Source: the human T2T-CHM13v2.0 reference genome, Homo sapiens. From it: a stretch of DNA of 64,000 bases. Below the pieces are notes generated by a model. It did no database searches, was not told the DNA's origin, and was given only the letters and a program-made list of their open reading frames with translations. Positions within the stretch are counted from its first letter, which is position 1. Each line of letters starts with the position of its first letter. The stretch lies in the NCBI RefSeq assembly GCF_009914755.1, contig NC_060930.1. The stretch is one strand, 5' to 3'. Positions 13,299 to 27,134 of this stretch are shown in pieces. Made by a program: the position numbers and the translations under genes.

Positions 13299-14340
13299 TA
13301 GTCATTGATTTTAAGGGTCACTGTCAAAATTTCATTCATTCATTTACTAATGCATGATGGGTAGGGATATCACATTTCTAAGACCCAAGATCCAGCAATG
13401 TAGCCAAATCAGGGACTCTCTACATACCTATAGCTCTACAATCCCATCTTTTTTTGTCCAGGGCTGCCTTTATAAAAAGAAGAATCCTGATCTATTCATT
13501 CAAAATATCAACTTTACTACTTGCGTTCACTTCTACGGTTTAATTTCTTTGCCCTTACTAGATTTTATCTATCCTCACATATTCACTTTGTAATACAAAA
13601 CATACCTGGATAAGATGCCACACTAAGCCAGCTGCTCTTGAACTTTATTAACCACAAAGGGGCCAGTGGGAAGAGAGCAGTGGTAGTTGGAAGATTTTAC
13701 ACCATAATCACCATCAGCCTCTATAGAAGTACCCTAAATATACATATAATTAAGACTAAAGGCTGTGCTTAATTGTAAATTAACCTCAATACAAGTCTAC
13801 CTCCATAGAGGTAGAGGTAATTTCTCTAGAAAAATTATAAATAGACAAATGTGTATCTTAAGCCTAATGTGACAGCTAAAATTGTGTTTGACAAAGTAAA
13901 CTAACATATATCCATCCTGTACTACCACACTGTTTAAAATATTTCATTTCCTTGACCATGTTAAGGAACAAAAACAAAAAATGGGATGAAGCCAAAGTAA
14001 AACCATAATTTAAAAGATGACTTTTAACTTGTTATATTTGCATAGTCATTGTATCTTTCTACCATAAAAGCTTCCCACAACTATAAAAACTTCTAACAAT
14101 TCATTCAATATTTCATCAAATATCTATTTAAGAACCTACTACATGCCAGGTACTAAAAGGAAAATGGTGAGCAAATAAATGGTTTCTAAATTTCTCGTAA
14201 AAAATGAAGACTGACCACAGTCCACATCCCGAAAATTACACTGAAATGACAGTAAAGGGATTTTTTAAACAAAGTATATAAACCAAAAGGACAAGAGGTA
14301 TAAATGAAAAACACATCAGTAGATAAAAAATTTTTTCTAA

Positions 14341-14577
<237 letters not shown>

Positions 14578-16043
14578 TAAGGCAAAAAAAGCAAATGGTG
14601 TTGTAGTAACTGACTTAAGAAACCAGAACAGAGAACAATTTATTCTCAATACTTCCAGGGAAATATGCTTTGAAGAAACTGAAACAATCCTGTAGATCCC
14701 CAGAGAATCTCTGGATGCCAATTACCACAGAGTATATAGGCAGAGCTGAAAACTGGAAAACTGACTGAAAATCAGACACTGGAACCCCACTCCACACCTA
14801 GTTCTCCTCTCTGAACAATCACATGAAAGCACGTATCTCCATTTCAGTAGCCCAACTCTGTGGCACAACTGAACCTGACAAGCACCACACTCGAAAATAT
14901 TAGTGCAAGGCTGAAAACAGGGGGACTGAGTGAATGCACATTCAATTTGAGAACCTAGCTCCTTTTGCCATCCTGCTCTCAGACTGCCAGAAGCCAGGCA
15001 CATATTGCCCATGCAGAAGACTCAAAGGCTGTAACTAAACTGCCACAGAGGAAAAACCTCTAGATACTAACATCTGATGGTAGCCCAAGAACAATGCCAG
15101 CTTGGTGACCAGTCACCTGTATATGGAAGCCTACCCACTGTCAAACCAGCCCATGAACACAGAGATTCTAATCAACTTTTCAGTGCCTATTAGATATAAA
15201 TTGTCAATTTCTCTAAGAAATAAAGAGTTTAACAAAGAAATTAAACAAAAGCATTTTTGTAGTTAAACATTAAGGAAAATAACTTCAATTTAAAATACTA
15301 AGGAACATAGCATGAACAGACTTAATAATGCCTTTGCCTCAGTATCTGTACAGTGGTCGTCATTCACTTCACTCCTGGCTCATTGGAATGTAAATATTCC
15401 CTGGCCTTCTTCCTTTTCTTATGAAGTATAATAACCAAAGCAGTGCTCTTGAATGCTCACAGTAACTACATTAAAAGATTCTTTCCTCTAAGCATTTCTC
15501 ATCAAATATCATTGTCACCTGAAGTTTCTTTGAATTTTATGTAAGAATAGGTTAAAAAGTTTCACACTTACAATTTGTATTTCCAAATGAAATAGGACAG
15601 TAACAGCATGAGAGCAACAGACAGCGTAGGTTGGTAACATTTACACAGGAGTCTTAATGTTAAATCCAATCTCGACTAGTCTTTATTTGCCATTTGTTGG
15701 AAATGTTTAACAAATCTTCCAAGTGAGAAAAATTTTAAATTATGTGTGAATGTGTGCACATGATATATGCATACATAATACACATGTTTATACAAACACA
15801 CCACATGTATGTGTACTTGTAAAACTCGCGTATGGTAGAAGTGACTGGATTTATGATTCTCTCTTATTGCATCTACAGAAACAATGCTGGGCTATCAGGT
15901 TAATGATATAAGTGGAGTGTTTTATATTTGGAGTGTGCCAGAATGTCATATTTATTGGGCTTCAGTGGCTAGAATGGTCAGTAGCGGTTGTAGTATTCTC
16001 TTGGTCCTCTTTCCTTAGTCTTACCTGCCACTGGAGTGCTTTA

Positions 16044-16146
16044 TTTTATTTTTTTGAGACAGGATCTCACTCTATCACCCAGGCTGGAGTGTGGTGGCAC
16101 AATCACAGCTCACTGTAGCCTTGACCTCCCAAGCTCAAGTGATCTT
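16044..16146 (-). mobile_element. Heavily 5'-truncated AluJ
   Basis: Right-arm 3' part flanked by perfect 12-bp TSD tggagtgcttta (16032-16043, 16147-16158). Confidence 0.88.
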
Positions 16147-16771
16147 TGGAGTGCTTTAAGTACTTGTTTTATTCTCTGAAAAGGCTATATTCTCCTAGAA
16201 GGCAGCCATTGATTTTATTAATCCCATTGTTCCCTACGACCACTATGCTTTGCACACATTCTGATAAATATTTAGATAACTAAATTCATTTGCACTGTTT
16301 TGTGGGATCAATTTTTTGTTTACTCATTTTAATATTCATAAAATATGCACATAATTTTAAAAATAATTAGATAAGTTTTAAGGTGATCATCAAACCCTGT
16401 CCCAATCTTCACCACCCCATTCCTGTTTTTAGAGGTACTCATTCTTAATTATTTTAAAGGTTTTTTCATATATTTATTCTTTATATATCTAAATAACATG
16501 AAGAAATTACTTTTTGGTTTATCACTTAAATATATTAACTCCTGATTTCCTGTAAGTATAGATGTAGATTTAGCTGTCACAGCATTTCCAACTAATTTCT
16601 CTTCCCTTTGTACTATCAAAATCTTTATTTGAAACTTCTGAATTACAGTAGTGTATTAATGTAGTTATGTAAATAGTATATTTACTGATAAGCCAACAGT
16701 AGAATATTTTCCGTTCTTGTTTAACTTTTAGAAATCCTAAAATTAATAAATAACTTACATATTTATTCTCC

Positions 16772-16935
16772 ATTTTTTTGTTTGTTTTGTTTTGGCTGTT
16801 TGGATATTTTTTGTTGAAGTTTTTGTTCAAGTCCTTTGCTCATCTTTCAGCTGGGTTATCTTTTTCTTATAAATTTGTTGGCATTTAAATATACATACAC
16901 ACACACACATACATTCTTTTTTCCCAAAGGATGAG
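16772..16935 (-). repeat. Inverted copy of the L1-derived segment at ~28890-29040
   Basis: Reverse complement aligns across ~150 bp, including idiosyncratic features; see findings. Confidence 0.85.
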
Positions 16936-17294
16936 GCTGTGCAATTTATAAGGAACAGAGGTTTATTTTGTCTCACAATTCTGCAGGCTGTATGAGAAGC
17001 ATGGTGCCAGCATCTGCTCCTGGAGAGGTTTCAGGAGGCTTACAATCATGGTGGAAGGTGAAGGGTGAGAGCAGGAACAAGAGAGCGAGAGGGGTTGGTG
17101 CCATACCCTTTTAAAAAACCAGATCTTGTGTGAACTCAGTGCAAAAACTCACTCACTACGGGGAGGACAGCATCAAGGCATTCATGAGGGATCCACCCCA
17201 TGACTCAAATACCTCTAACCAGGCCCAAACCTCCAACACTGGGGATTCCATTTCAACATGAGATCTGGAGGGGACAAACAGCCCAACCATGTCA
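16932..17294 (-). mobile_element. MST (MaLR) LTR missing ~40 bp of its 3' end
   Basis: aatttataaggaacagaggtttatt...gcatggtgccagcatctgct...ggggacaaacagcccaaccatgtca matches MSTA/B in reverse. Confidence 0.85.
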
Positions 17295-17299
17295 GTATC

Positions 17300-19285
17300 A
17301 TATTCTACAGTACTGATTCTATTCAGAGCAGGAGTTTATGGAAATCACATGATTAATGAAGTTTGGGCTCATTACAACTCCCACTCATCCCAGAACTCAT
17401 GCCATGGTTATTCTACCAGTTTTGAAATGCTGAGTTAGAACAGACAAACTCAGCAGATTCTCTCACTGGTTCTCTAATCTGTGGAGCAAGGGTATAATGG
17501 TAGGAAAGGTTAACTGCAAACCCTTAGAACTATCTATTTCTACCTATGAAAGTAAACCAAAAGCAACATTTCATTCCTGCAGAGATTGCAAAGATTAGAG
17601 TCACCATCAAGGACTTGCAAGAAGAAGGTGATCATTTCTGCCATATCTCTATTCAAGTTGCCTCTTTGGCTTTGTACAAAACAGATGGATTTTGAAGAGT
17701 GCAGATGCTGTACCAGATGTGGTTTTACTGATGGAGCGAATCAACATATGTCCTGGCATCTGGTACATGGCTATTGATCTGTCAAATTCTGGTTTTCTCT
17801 ATATGTGTTAGCAAAGACTACTTGAAGCATTTGCCTACCCTACTATCCTACCTCAGGGCTCTGTCAAGTCTCCAGCACGCTATCATAATCTCGTTCACAG
17901 GGACCTTGGTTGTACTTCTAGTCCATAGAATGTTATGCTGTCTATTACATGCTGACTATACAGTAAGTGGCAAATACCCTATGCATGGTAAGACACATGT
18001 GCGACAGAGTGAAGAAAGAGTCCTAAAAAAATTCAGAGGCCTGCCATCTTTTAAATTTTCTAGGGGTCTTAGTAGTATTTCAAGATATCCCTTCCAAAGT
18101 GATAGCTCTCTTGCCTACCACTAATACAGAGACACAGCATCTAGCTGGCTTTTCTGGACTCTGGAGGCAACATGCACCTCATTTGGGTATGTTATTCTGA
18201 CCTATTTATCAAGTAGCTTGAAAAGCTGCCATATTTGAGTAATCAGTAATAATAAGAGAAGGCTCCACAACAGGTCCGGGCTGCTATGAAAGCTGCTCTG
18301 CCACTGAGCCGAAAGATTTACTGGTGTTTTAGGTGTCTGTGGCACATAGGGATTCTGTATAGCATTTGGCAGGCCCCTTAAAGGTCAGACCAGATCTTTA
18401 GTATTTTGGAACAAAGCTATGGAACATGAGTGCTCCACATAAACTTGGTGTTGTCTGACTTTCTGAAGCCATACAGTTGGGTTTGCATGGAGCATTTTAG
18501 CCTTATACAGAAGGGTATGTATGAAATCAGACCTGGCAGGTGCTCAGGGCACAGTTCAGTTACATGAGCAAGTGGCTGAGATTCCCACAGCTCCTATGTT
18601 TGCTGTAATGACCCTCTCTTTAAACTTCACCTGTGACCTCACTGAGAGGAGTTTCTTATGACCAGTTAACTAAAGAAGAAAAAAATTAAGGCCTGATTTA
18701 TTGTGCAGATGGTTCTGCACAATAAATTGGTGCCACACAGGGGTGAAGAGTTGTAGCATTACAGCCCCACTTGGAAGCCCGTAAGGGCACAGCAGAGAAA
18801 ACCTCCCAGTGGGCAACATTTTGAATAGTATACTTGGTTGTTCATTTTGACAAATTCATGCCAGAGATGAAAAACTACATTCATTCATAGACAGTAGCTA
18901 ATGGTTTGACTGGCTAGTCATGTAAATGCTCACCAAATAGCAACTTTCAAAAGAAGAGCTTGATAATCAGGCAGACAAGATGACCTATTCTATTGAGATC
19001 AATCAACCTCTCTCTCTAGTCACTCCTGTCCTTCCCTAAAGGATTCATGAACAACATAGCCATGGCAGAAGGGACAGAGATTATACATGTGCTCAGCAAC
19101 ATGGACTTCCACTCACCCAGATCAATCTGGCTATAGCCACTGGATACTCACTGTGGCAACACAGGGACCAAAACTAAACCTATTGAAAATGACATAATCT
19201 CCTGGAGACACTAGCCAGCTACTTGGTGACGAGTGGATTACATGGACTACTTCCATGATTGGTGACTTTGTTTTTCTTAGAATAT
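17300..19285 (+). mobile_element. ERVL internal region: decayed pro-pol (RT, RNase H, start of integrase)
   Basis: Frameshifted fragments KQHFIPAEIAKIRVTIKDLQEEG, AVPDVVLLMERINICPGIWYMAIDLSN, LPQGSVKSPARYHNLVHRDL, ADGSAQ and HEQHSHGRRDRDYTCAQQHGLPLT match ERV-L Pol motifs. Confidence 0.88.
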
Positions 19286-19639
19286 ATCCATATGCTGGAT
19301 AATTTTACCAAATTAGGCCATCAAGCATAATATCAATATGTTTAGTATCCTGTGCCTCCTTCCTTTCACACAATATCCTACACATATCAGAGAAAAGTAA
19401 TCAGAAAGCTAATAATCACCTCCACTGTGGTTACACATTTCAAATAAAAACAGTAGGAACTCAAAAACAAAACTCTTAAAATTTTGTTTTTTAAGTATCC
19501 AGAAGCATAAAGGAATAGACATATCAAGATATTCAGTATTCAAAGGGGCAATCTGCATTCTTAAGAATAACCTTTTATCTCCTGAGTTTTGTTAGGAAGT
19601 ATAATATCAAAGAACTGTCTTAAGCTCTTTGAATATGTT

Positions 19640-19815
19640 AGCTTTAAAAATTCCACGGCAACTATGACATTACTACTGCTATAATATCCATTTTAAGGAT
19701 GATGGAACGATTGCACAGAATGGTCAAGTAACATGTCCAAGGTCACATGACTAATAATGGGCAAAGCTGGGAGTTAAACCCAGGAAGTGTGTTCTTAGCC
19801 ACTACGCTATACTGT
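19640..19815 (-). mobile_element. MIR
   Basis: ccattttaaggatgatggaac...gtccaaggtcacatgactaataatgg...aaacccagg reverse MIR. Confidence 0.65.
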
Positions 19816-20567
19816 AAAACAGAGAATACAACATACAGAAATGCCACTAGTACTAGAAAAACATAATACTTTGTTTTCTTTTACATATCACATGTATGTT
19901 TTCAAAAACATATTGCTAAATTTAAAAAGCAATTACAATAAATTTAGAAATGATGTGGAAATGAATCAGGATTATATCTATATTTTTTTACCAGAATATT
20001 CATGTAAATGTAGGGCTCTATACCGTGATTACAGAAGTCTAGGTCTGCCAAAAATATATGACATATGGAATCTAAATATGCATGAAAAATACAAATACTT
20101 TTTTTCTTTAAAAAAATGAGACTCAGTAAAAAGAATCTTAACAGTGCTGAATTTGCTCAGTGTTTCCCAATGCAGATGGTACAAATATCTGGTAAAAATA
20201 CAATAAAGCTCCAAAGCAACGAGATTAGTTTTCCCATGGGGTTGCTAAAACTGGAGTGACCACCTTTTAATCACAATTTCACATGAAACAAAGTGAAAAT
20301 TCTACAATCCCAATAGAACTGAATATTTAGTAAGTAAAAGGAAAGATTTCTTCAGGCCAATTCTTTCAGTGCCCAAAAGGATTTTCTGATGCTGCAGTAA
20401 TATAAATGTTGGCTGTTTTTCAGAAGAGTTTCACAGGCTGAAGTGCTGAGGGCTTCCATAAAACTCTGCAAAGCAGTCCTCATCAAAACTGGGACTGCAG
20501 AGAAAAGGAGCAAAAAAGTGGGACACCTACACTGAACTCCAGTCAACTAAACAGGGCCAGCTTCTTT

Positions 20568-20775
20568 TTTTTATTTTATTTTATTATTATGATACTTTAA
20601 GTTTTAGGGTACATGTGCACAATGTGCAGGTTAGTTACCTATGTATACATGTGCCATGCTGGTGTGCTGCACCCATTAACTCATCATTTAGCATTAGGTA
20701 TATCTCCTAAAGCTATCCCTCCCCCGTCCCCCCACCCCACAACAGTCCCCAGAGCGTGATGTTCCCCTTCCTGTA
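20568..20775 (-). mobile_element. Young 5'-truncated L1PA (L1PA2/3-like) 3' end
   Basis: Near-consensus L1 3'UTR (GAG-type, not L1HS-Ta ACA); 11-bp TSD ccagcttcttt (20557-20567, 20776-20786). Confidence 0.92.
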
Positions 20776-21247
20776 CCAGCTTCTTTCTTTATCTCGTCCT
20801 GCCATCTCTAATTCTTCAAGATGGTTTTATTCTCTTTCCTTTCTGCTCCTTTCCTTTTTCTCTTCCTTTATATTATTTTGACTGTATCTCTACACTGAAA
20901 ATTTTCAAAACCAACCTCCCTTTCTAATCTCCAATAAAAGACCATCCTTGGATCCACATACAAGCTGGAGTACACTGGCTTTACCAGCCCATTAGAATCA
21001 TAGCCTCTCTTCTACAACTTCCATCTCTAACCCCTCTAGGAGAATCCTGCTATCTTTGCCTCCCCAGTTAGGCCTTCAAATGACCCTGTATTCAGAGTGC
21101 ATGTTAACTAATGTGTCTAACTGCCTGTTATCTCTACCATGACTCAGACTACAAATCTTGCAAAAGAGATAGGAGCACCACATTACAACTTAGAAAGAAA
21201 CTCATTATACAAAATTCTGCCTTGATGTTAAAATTCACTGGGCTGCC

Positions 21248-21335
21248 TAGATAGATATAAAGATATACAGATTAGATATAGATATATGCATGTATCTATA
21301 TCTACAGATAGATATAGATACCATGTGTATATATA
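21248..21335. repeat. (TAGA/TA)-rich simple repeat
   Basis: tagatagatataaagatatacagattagatatagatat... Confidence 0.75.
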
Positions 21336-22015
21336 ACCAAAAAATTCTTTCATGGTTCACTAAGTATGTTCTCTTTATATGCAATTTGATCTGAATCATT
21401 TTCTGCATTTTTCTCTTCCTTCAAATCCATAGTAACCCAGTACTACATAAAACCTATCAACTTTCACAAATGCTAAGAAAATGTCATCTAAATATGGCCA
21501 ACCTCAAGCTTTTCCTAAATTATCTTACTATAAGGATGTCGAAAGTAGAGAAAAAATATCTGGGTAATAGTCTTGGCCCTTGCATTCATTAACTAAGATG
21601 TTCAGGCAAGTCAGTGAACTTTCCTGACTCTCAAATGTCCTTATCTCAAAGATGCAGATATAAAACCACACCATAGGTTGGTGAATTAAATAAGATAGAT
21701 GAAAGTGAATTATAAACTACAAAGTGCTATCAAATTATAACATATTATAACCATAATCTTCTACAGACTTCCACTATGTTATGCAATCAATATCTCTATT
21801 ATAGCCTATTGGTGGGAGTATGAACTGGTACAGCATTTTGGGAGTAAGAGTAGGCAGTATTTCTTAATATTAAACAATTTAAATATTGTCTAGAATTCTA
21901 CGTGATAAAAACACTAGCATAAACATGCAGATAAGAATGTTCATTGTAGCATTACTTCACAGTGAAAAACTCAACATCTTTTTAATACTCATCAATAAGA
22001 TAACAGTTAAATAAA

Positions 22016-22311
22016 CTGGGGCGCGGTGGCTCACACCTGTAATCCCAGCAGTTTGGAAGGCTGAGGCAGGTGGATAGCTTGAGGTTAAGAGCTCGAGACC
22101 AGTCTGGCCAACATGGTGAAACTCTGTCTCTATTAAAAATACAAAAATTAGCTGGGTGTGGTGGCGTGTGCCTCTAATCCCAGCTACTCAGTAGCTGAGG
22201 CACAAGAATCACTTGAATCCAGGAGGCAGAGGTTGCAGTTAGCTGAGATCATGCCACTGCACTCCAGCGCAGGCGACAGTGCGAGACTCCGTCCCAGGAA
22301 AAAAAAAAAAA
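22016..22311 (+). mobile_element. AluS inside an old L1 fragment
   Basis: Full Alu with perfect 19-bp TSD aagataacagttaaataaa (21997-22015, 22312-22330). Confidence 0.95.
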
Positions 22312-23634
22312 AAGATAACAGTTAAATAAAGTGTGATACATACATACTAGGAATACCATGCAGCTATCACAAACAATAGGTCAATCTAGAATAGTGACAG
22401 CAGAGAATGTTCATCATATACTAAAAAAAAAAGAAAAAATTAACATGCAGAATGACGTACAACATAGTCCCATTGTTATGTATGTATGTAGATGTGTGTG
22501 TATATGCATATACATGTATGTGTTTGTGCATATGTACATAGGTATAGACAAACAGACCAAACGGACAAAAGGGATTTCTTTTCTGGTATGAAATTAAGGG
22601 AGTAAAATATTATTTTCCCCATACACTTACAGTTTTGTATAATTTTTTTCCACATTAAATCAATATTGATCTTGTACTATTCTATCACACTTTTCTTCCT
22701 GTTTCCTGTATAAAATTCCTTGAGGATGCAAGCTGCAACCTATCTTATTTGTAACATATCTGACCTAACACAAAGCTGTGTATCCTAAAGTTGCTTAAGA
22801 TAACAATAACCATGTATGCCACTCTCTATGGAAAAGAGGGTAAGAAGCAAACCACAGTCTGCAGATTCTGCAGGACCTGGGCTCAAGCTTCCCAGGGCTC
22901 CCAGCAGAGACATCCCACCAGCCCCGGTCTCAGTCCAATCTTCTAAAATGCTGTACTCATTGCATATGCTCTAAAGGTTGGCCTTGATTCCACTGATCCC
23001 AGGATGCTGGGAAGAAACGAGTGGCACCACTATGAAAAAATTGCTGTTCTAAAACTATTCTATCCCCTAACGGATAAACAGAAACTGGCTGCTGGGAATA
23101 ACCCACGCGTTCCAGCCAACTCATTACTGACAGCAGAATAAAACAGGTAGGAATGTGAAATACTGGCGTTACTCAAGGGTGTCTGCTTTTGTCTTGAACA
23201 AAATGAAAGTCTAAAGGAAAGAACAATGCCTAAGAGAAAGGAGAGCTCTTGTGACATTATGGAGCATCTCTCTCTCATTCTGGGCCACAGCCTGTGCTTG
23301 AAGAGAAAAGATGTCACATCATGTTCTTCTGCTATTTGCCACACTCTTAGCCAACAAGAATTTCACTTGGTCCTACCTTCATTCCTATCTTTCCTCTCAT
23401 CTAAGAAAGAAATAAAATTGCAAACTAAGAGAGGAAAGAAAAAAGTGTATCACATATAAATTTATATTCCTTCCTATATTAGGCCCTTGCAACATATCCA
23501 GAGATTCTAATTAAAACTGGGGGAATGGGAGTCGAAGGACACACAAGGATGGAAGTATACTCCTGAGTTCTGTTTTGAAAAAGGTGGAACCAGAAATAAA
23601 GAATCAACCATTTCACTTCAGAACTTTATTTCAT

Positions 23635-23635
<1 letters not shown>

Positions 23636-23679
<44 letters not shown>

Positions 23680-23686
23680 AATAAAA
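23636..23686. repeat. (TAAA)n microsatellite
   Basis: About 10 TAAA units. Confidence 0.9.
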
Positions 23687-24480
23687 GGCAATCACCTTCA
23701 TTGGGCAACCTACTTTGCAATTAAAATGAATACTCTATAAATTTAGATCATTATAACAATGTCTACTTTTTTTGTCGTTAATTCTCTTATTCTCTGGTTT
23801 AACTGTAAGTAGAGTCAAAGGAAGCTTTGAAAACAAACCAAAAAGGAATATACAATAATCACACAAAGTGAGACAGGGTAGGGAAGAGCTTATTTAAAGT
23901 TATTTTTTATATAGGGCACATCATCATGGCATCAAAATTACCTTATTTGCAAGGCATATCTAACCTAAAACCTATATGCAATAAAGCTAAAGGAAAAAAT
24001 GCTGTGTGTACATTTTAAGTATGAACCACAAGTAGTGTTCTATTTATAATGATGTTCCATTCCTAACATATTTCTAATTCTAACCACAATATTCACCACA
24101 AAAAAGAAGAATTTTCTCACTAATGTTCAAAGGAACACTTAGTTTTTCCATAGACATTTAAAAAATGAGATTATTAAGCACAAGGATTTATTTGCCTTCC
24201 TGTTACTTTTCCCCATAAATACTAAAAAGAAATTAAATGTCAGGAAGGGCTCTGGTTCAGAGAATATGCTAAGTGACTTCTGATGACAATCAAAACTGAA
24301 ACTCAAGTGGCATGAAAGGTCAGCATTTAATAGAAGTGCAAATTAATTATAATTGAAGACTTTAAAAATGTATTTTTAAGTGGCTAATAGATTAACCTTT
24401 TAGAAATGCAAAAAGCAAAAGAAGTGATAAGTCCTATCGGTGATAGGTTTTGTTTATATTCCCTTTGTCTCCTACTTCTA

Positions 24481-25530
24481 TTTCTTTTTATTTTTTTATT
24501 TTATTGATGCATAATATTTTGCCTATTCATGGGGTACATGTGAGCATTTGTTACATGTATAGAATGTGTAATAATCAAGTCGGGGTATCTGGAGTATCCA
24601 TCATCTAGAGTATTTAACATTTCTATGTGTTGGGAACATTTCAAGTTCTCTCTTCTAATTAGTTTGAAATATAAAGAACATTGTTGCTAACTATAGTCAT
24701 CCTACTCTGCTATTGAACATGAGAACTTCTACCTTCTATCTAACTGTATGTTTGTATCCATTAAACAACCTCTCTTCATCCCCTCTTCCTCTTCTGTTAT
24801 CTTCCTAGCTCCTGATATCTATCATTCTATTCTCTACCTCCATGACATAGCTTCTTTAGCTCCCACATGAATAAGACATGTGGTACTTGTCTTTCTGTTC
24901 CTAGCCTATTTAATTTACCATAATGACCTCCAGTTCCATCCATATTGCTGCAAATAACATGCTTTCATTTTTTATGGCTAAATAGAACTCCACTGTGTAC
25001 ATATACATGTTCTTTATCCCTTTGTCTGTTGATGGACATTTAGGTTGATTCCACATCTTTGCTATTGTGAATACTGCTATGATAAACATGCAACCACAGG
25101 TATCCTTGGATATATAAATTCCTTTTGCTTTGAATATATACCCAGCACTGAAATTGCTGGATTGTATGGTAGTTCTCCTCTTTGTTTTTAGAGAAAACTC
25201 CATACTGACCCAGTGGTCATTCAGGAGCATGTTTAATTTCCATATATTTGTAAAGTTTCCAAAGTTCCTCTTGTTATTGATTTCTACTTTTATTCCATTG
25301 TCATCTGCAAAGATACTTGATATGCTTTCAATTCTATTGAGATTTGCTTTGCATCCCAACACATGGTTTATCCTAGAAAAATGTTCCATGTGCTGATGAG
25401 AAGAATGTGTATTCTGTAGCTGTTGGGTGAAATACCCTGAAAATGTCTGTTAGGTCCAATCCAAGGTTTCTTTGTTAATTTTCTGTCTAGATTATCTAAC
25501 GCTGAGAATGGGGTGTTGAAGTCCCCTACA
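24481..25530 (-). mobile_element. L1MA-type element with internal deletion (early ORF2 fused to 3' end)
   Basis: L1MA-like 3'UTR and ORF2 C-term at 24481-25207, EN-proximal ORF2 at 25208-25530; ORF 24910..25389 is the chimera. Confidence 0.85.
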
Positions 25531-25969
25531 TAGTCTTTAGTCTCCCCTACAAGTTTGTTTTACTTTTGAGATGTCTTCGATTATTTGATCTTTATCTCTG
25601 AGCAGTGGCTATGATTATATATTCTCTGTCTCTGAGGAATAACTATGGTTTATTAACATAAGGGTGAGCCATAAAGATGGCATCATATGAACATCTGCAT
25701 AAGACTACCTGATGATACTAAACTGGAGTAAAACAAAACCTTATGTAAAAAGTGGTATATTTGAAATGTAGGATATAAAAAAATTACTATAAAAATGCAA
25801 CAAAAAAGAAAACAATTGTAGTATTGTTACTTCAAAGCAAAAGAAAAAAATACTTTTTGTAAATGACATTCAATGGTACTCAGAAAATAACCCACAGACC
25901 TGTTCAATCTCCAACTTTATATCTAATACATACAATATTATATATGTATAAAACCTTAAGTTTTCAAGC

Positions 25970-26410
25970 AAAGGAGGAAATGTAAATTATAGATGAGGAA
26001 GCTGAGCCACAAGGAAACTATGTAACTTGCCCAAGGTCACATAGCTGGTAAACAGTAGAGCGAGGATTGGAACTCAGGTAAAATTGCCTCTCGTCTTTGA
26101 GCCATCATTATATTAGGGGCAGAAAAAAAGCCTTATCCCAGAAAAAGAAAAAAAATTTCAGATGTGCAATTATTATAGCTACCAATTCTTAAATGTCTAC
26201 CATGTACCAGACCTTAACATATATTATTGCTAATCCTGACAAACCACCCCAAAGACAGAAGTTATGTTCCCCATTTTCAAGAGAATTAAACCAAGGCTCA
26301 GAGGGCAATGTGCTGCCAATCACACAGCTGGTGGGAGGACCGGGATTAGAACCCAGGGCGTCCGGCTCCAAAGTTTCTGCTCTTTACAAAATGTTTTGCT
26401 GCTTCTCACA
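25970..26410 (-). mobile_element. Two MIR fragments
   Basis: tagatgaggaagctgagccac...cttgcccaaggtcacatagc; aaccaaggctcagagggc...ggattagaacccagg. Confidence 0.65.
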
Positions 26411-27134
26411 TAACCTACAGAAGAGAACGGTACTTTCATTCCACTTAATATAGCAATTTGCAATGTTAAAAATGCTGTCCCTCATCCCTGGTCTAATACC
26501 TTGAGGGTTTTATTTTTAGACTAGCCTTCCCTAAAGGCTTCAAGTTTTCTGCAGAACACCATTCCCTGAGGGCCTGAGGCAGCATGAGAGCCAATAATGT
26601 GTTTTACAAAATGACCAAAAAAAAATGTAGGGCAGTGACTAAAACAAGGACATTTCTGTGAGTTATATCATACTTTCACAATTAATAGAGCCAAAATGTG
26701 GATAAGGAAAATTCCATTATCCCTTAATCTCAGACACAATTTTCATACTGCTGACTAAAAAATTAAACTGTTTAGATGATTTCTTGAAATCCAAACACTA
26801 TGGATAAACTATGGGAATGAAGAATGTTTTAGATTTTCTAAATTTTTATGTGCATGCTTTAGAACTCTGAAATCAGTTTAAAGTGGTCTAACACTTCAAC
26901 TCCTTCAAAATGCAACTGGTAAGGTTGACACTCACCATTTATATGAATGCTTCCAGGAGCGAGATAATTTAACTTCATGTGAGGAAGCCAAGACATATAA
27001 TTCTCCTTTTAAATTTGTGGCGATTTATAAAACAGGCACTTTCTGATACATCACAAAGGAGAATTTGATCTTAAGTTAATGATTTGCATGGATGTGAGAA
27101 AGAAGATAACTCAAAATTGGAATGGCTCTGATTC

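Noticed and set aside
17586-18124. ORFs in the ERVL region as a domesticated retroviral gene
   Set aside because: Pol motifs are scattered over frames with stops and deletions; the YxDD catalytic motif is destroyed.
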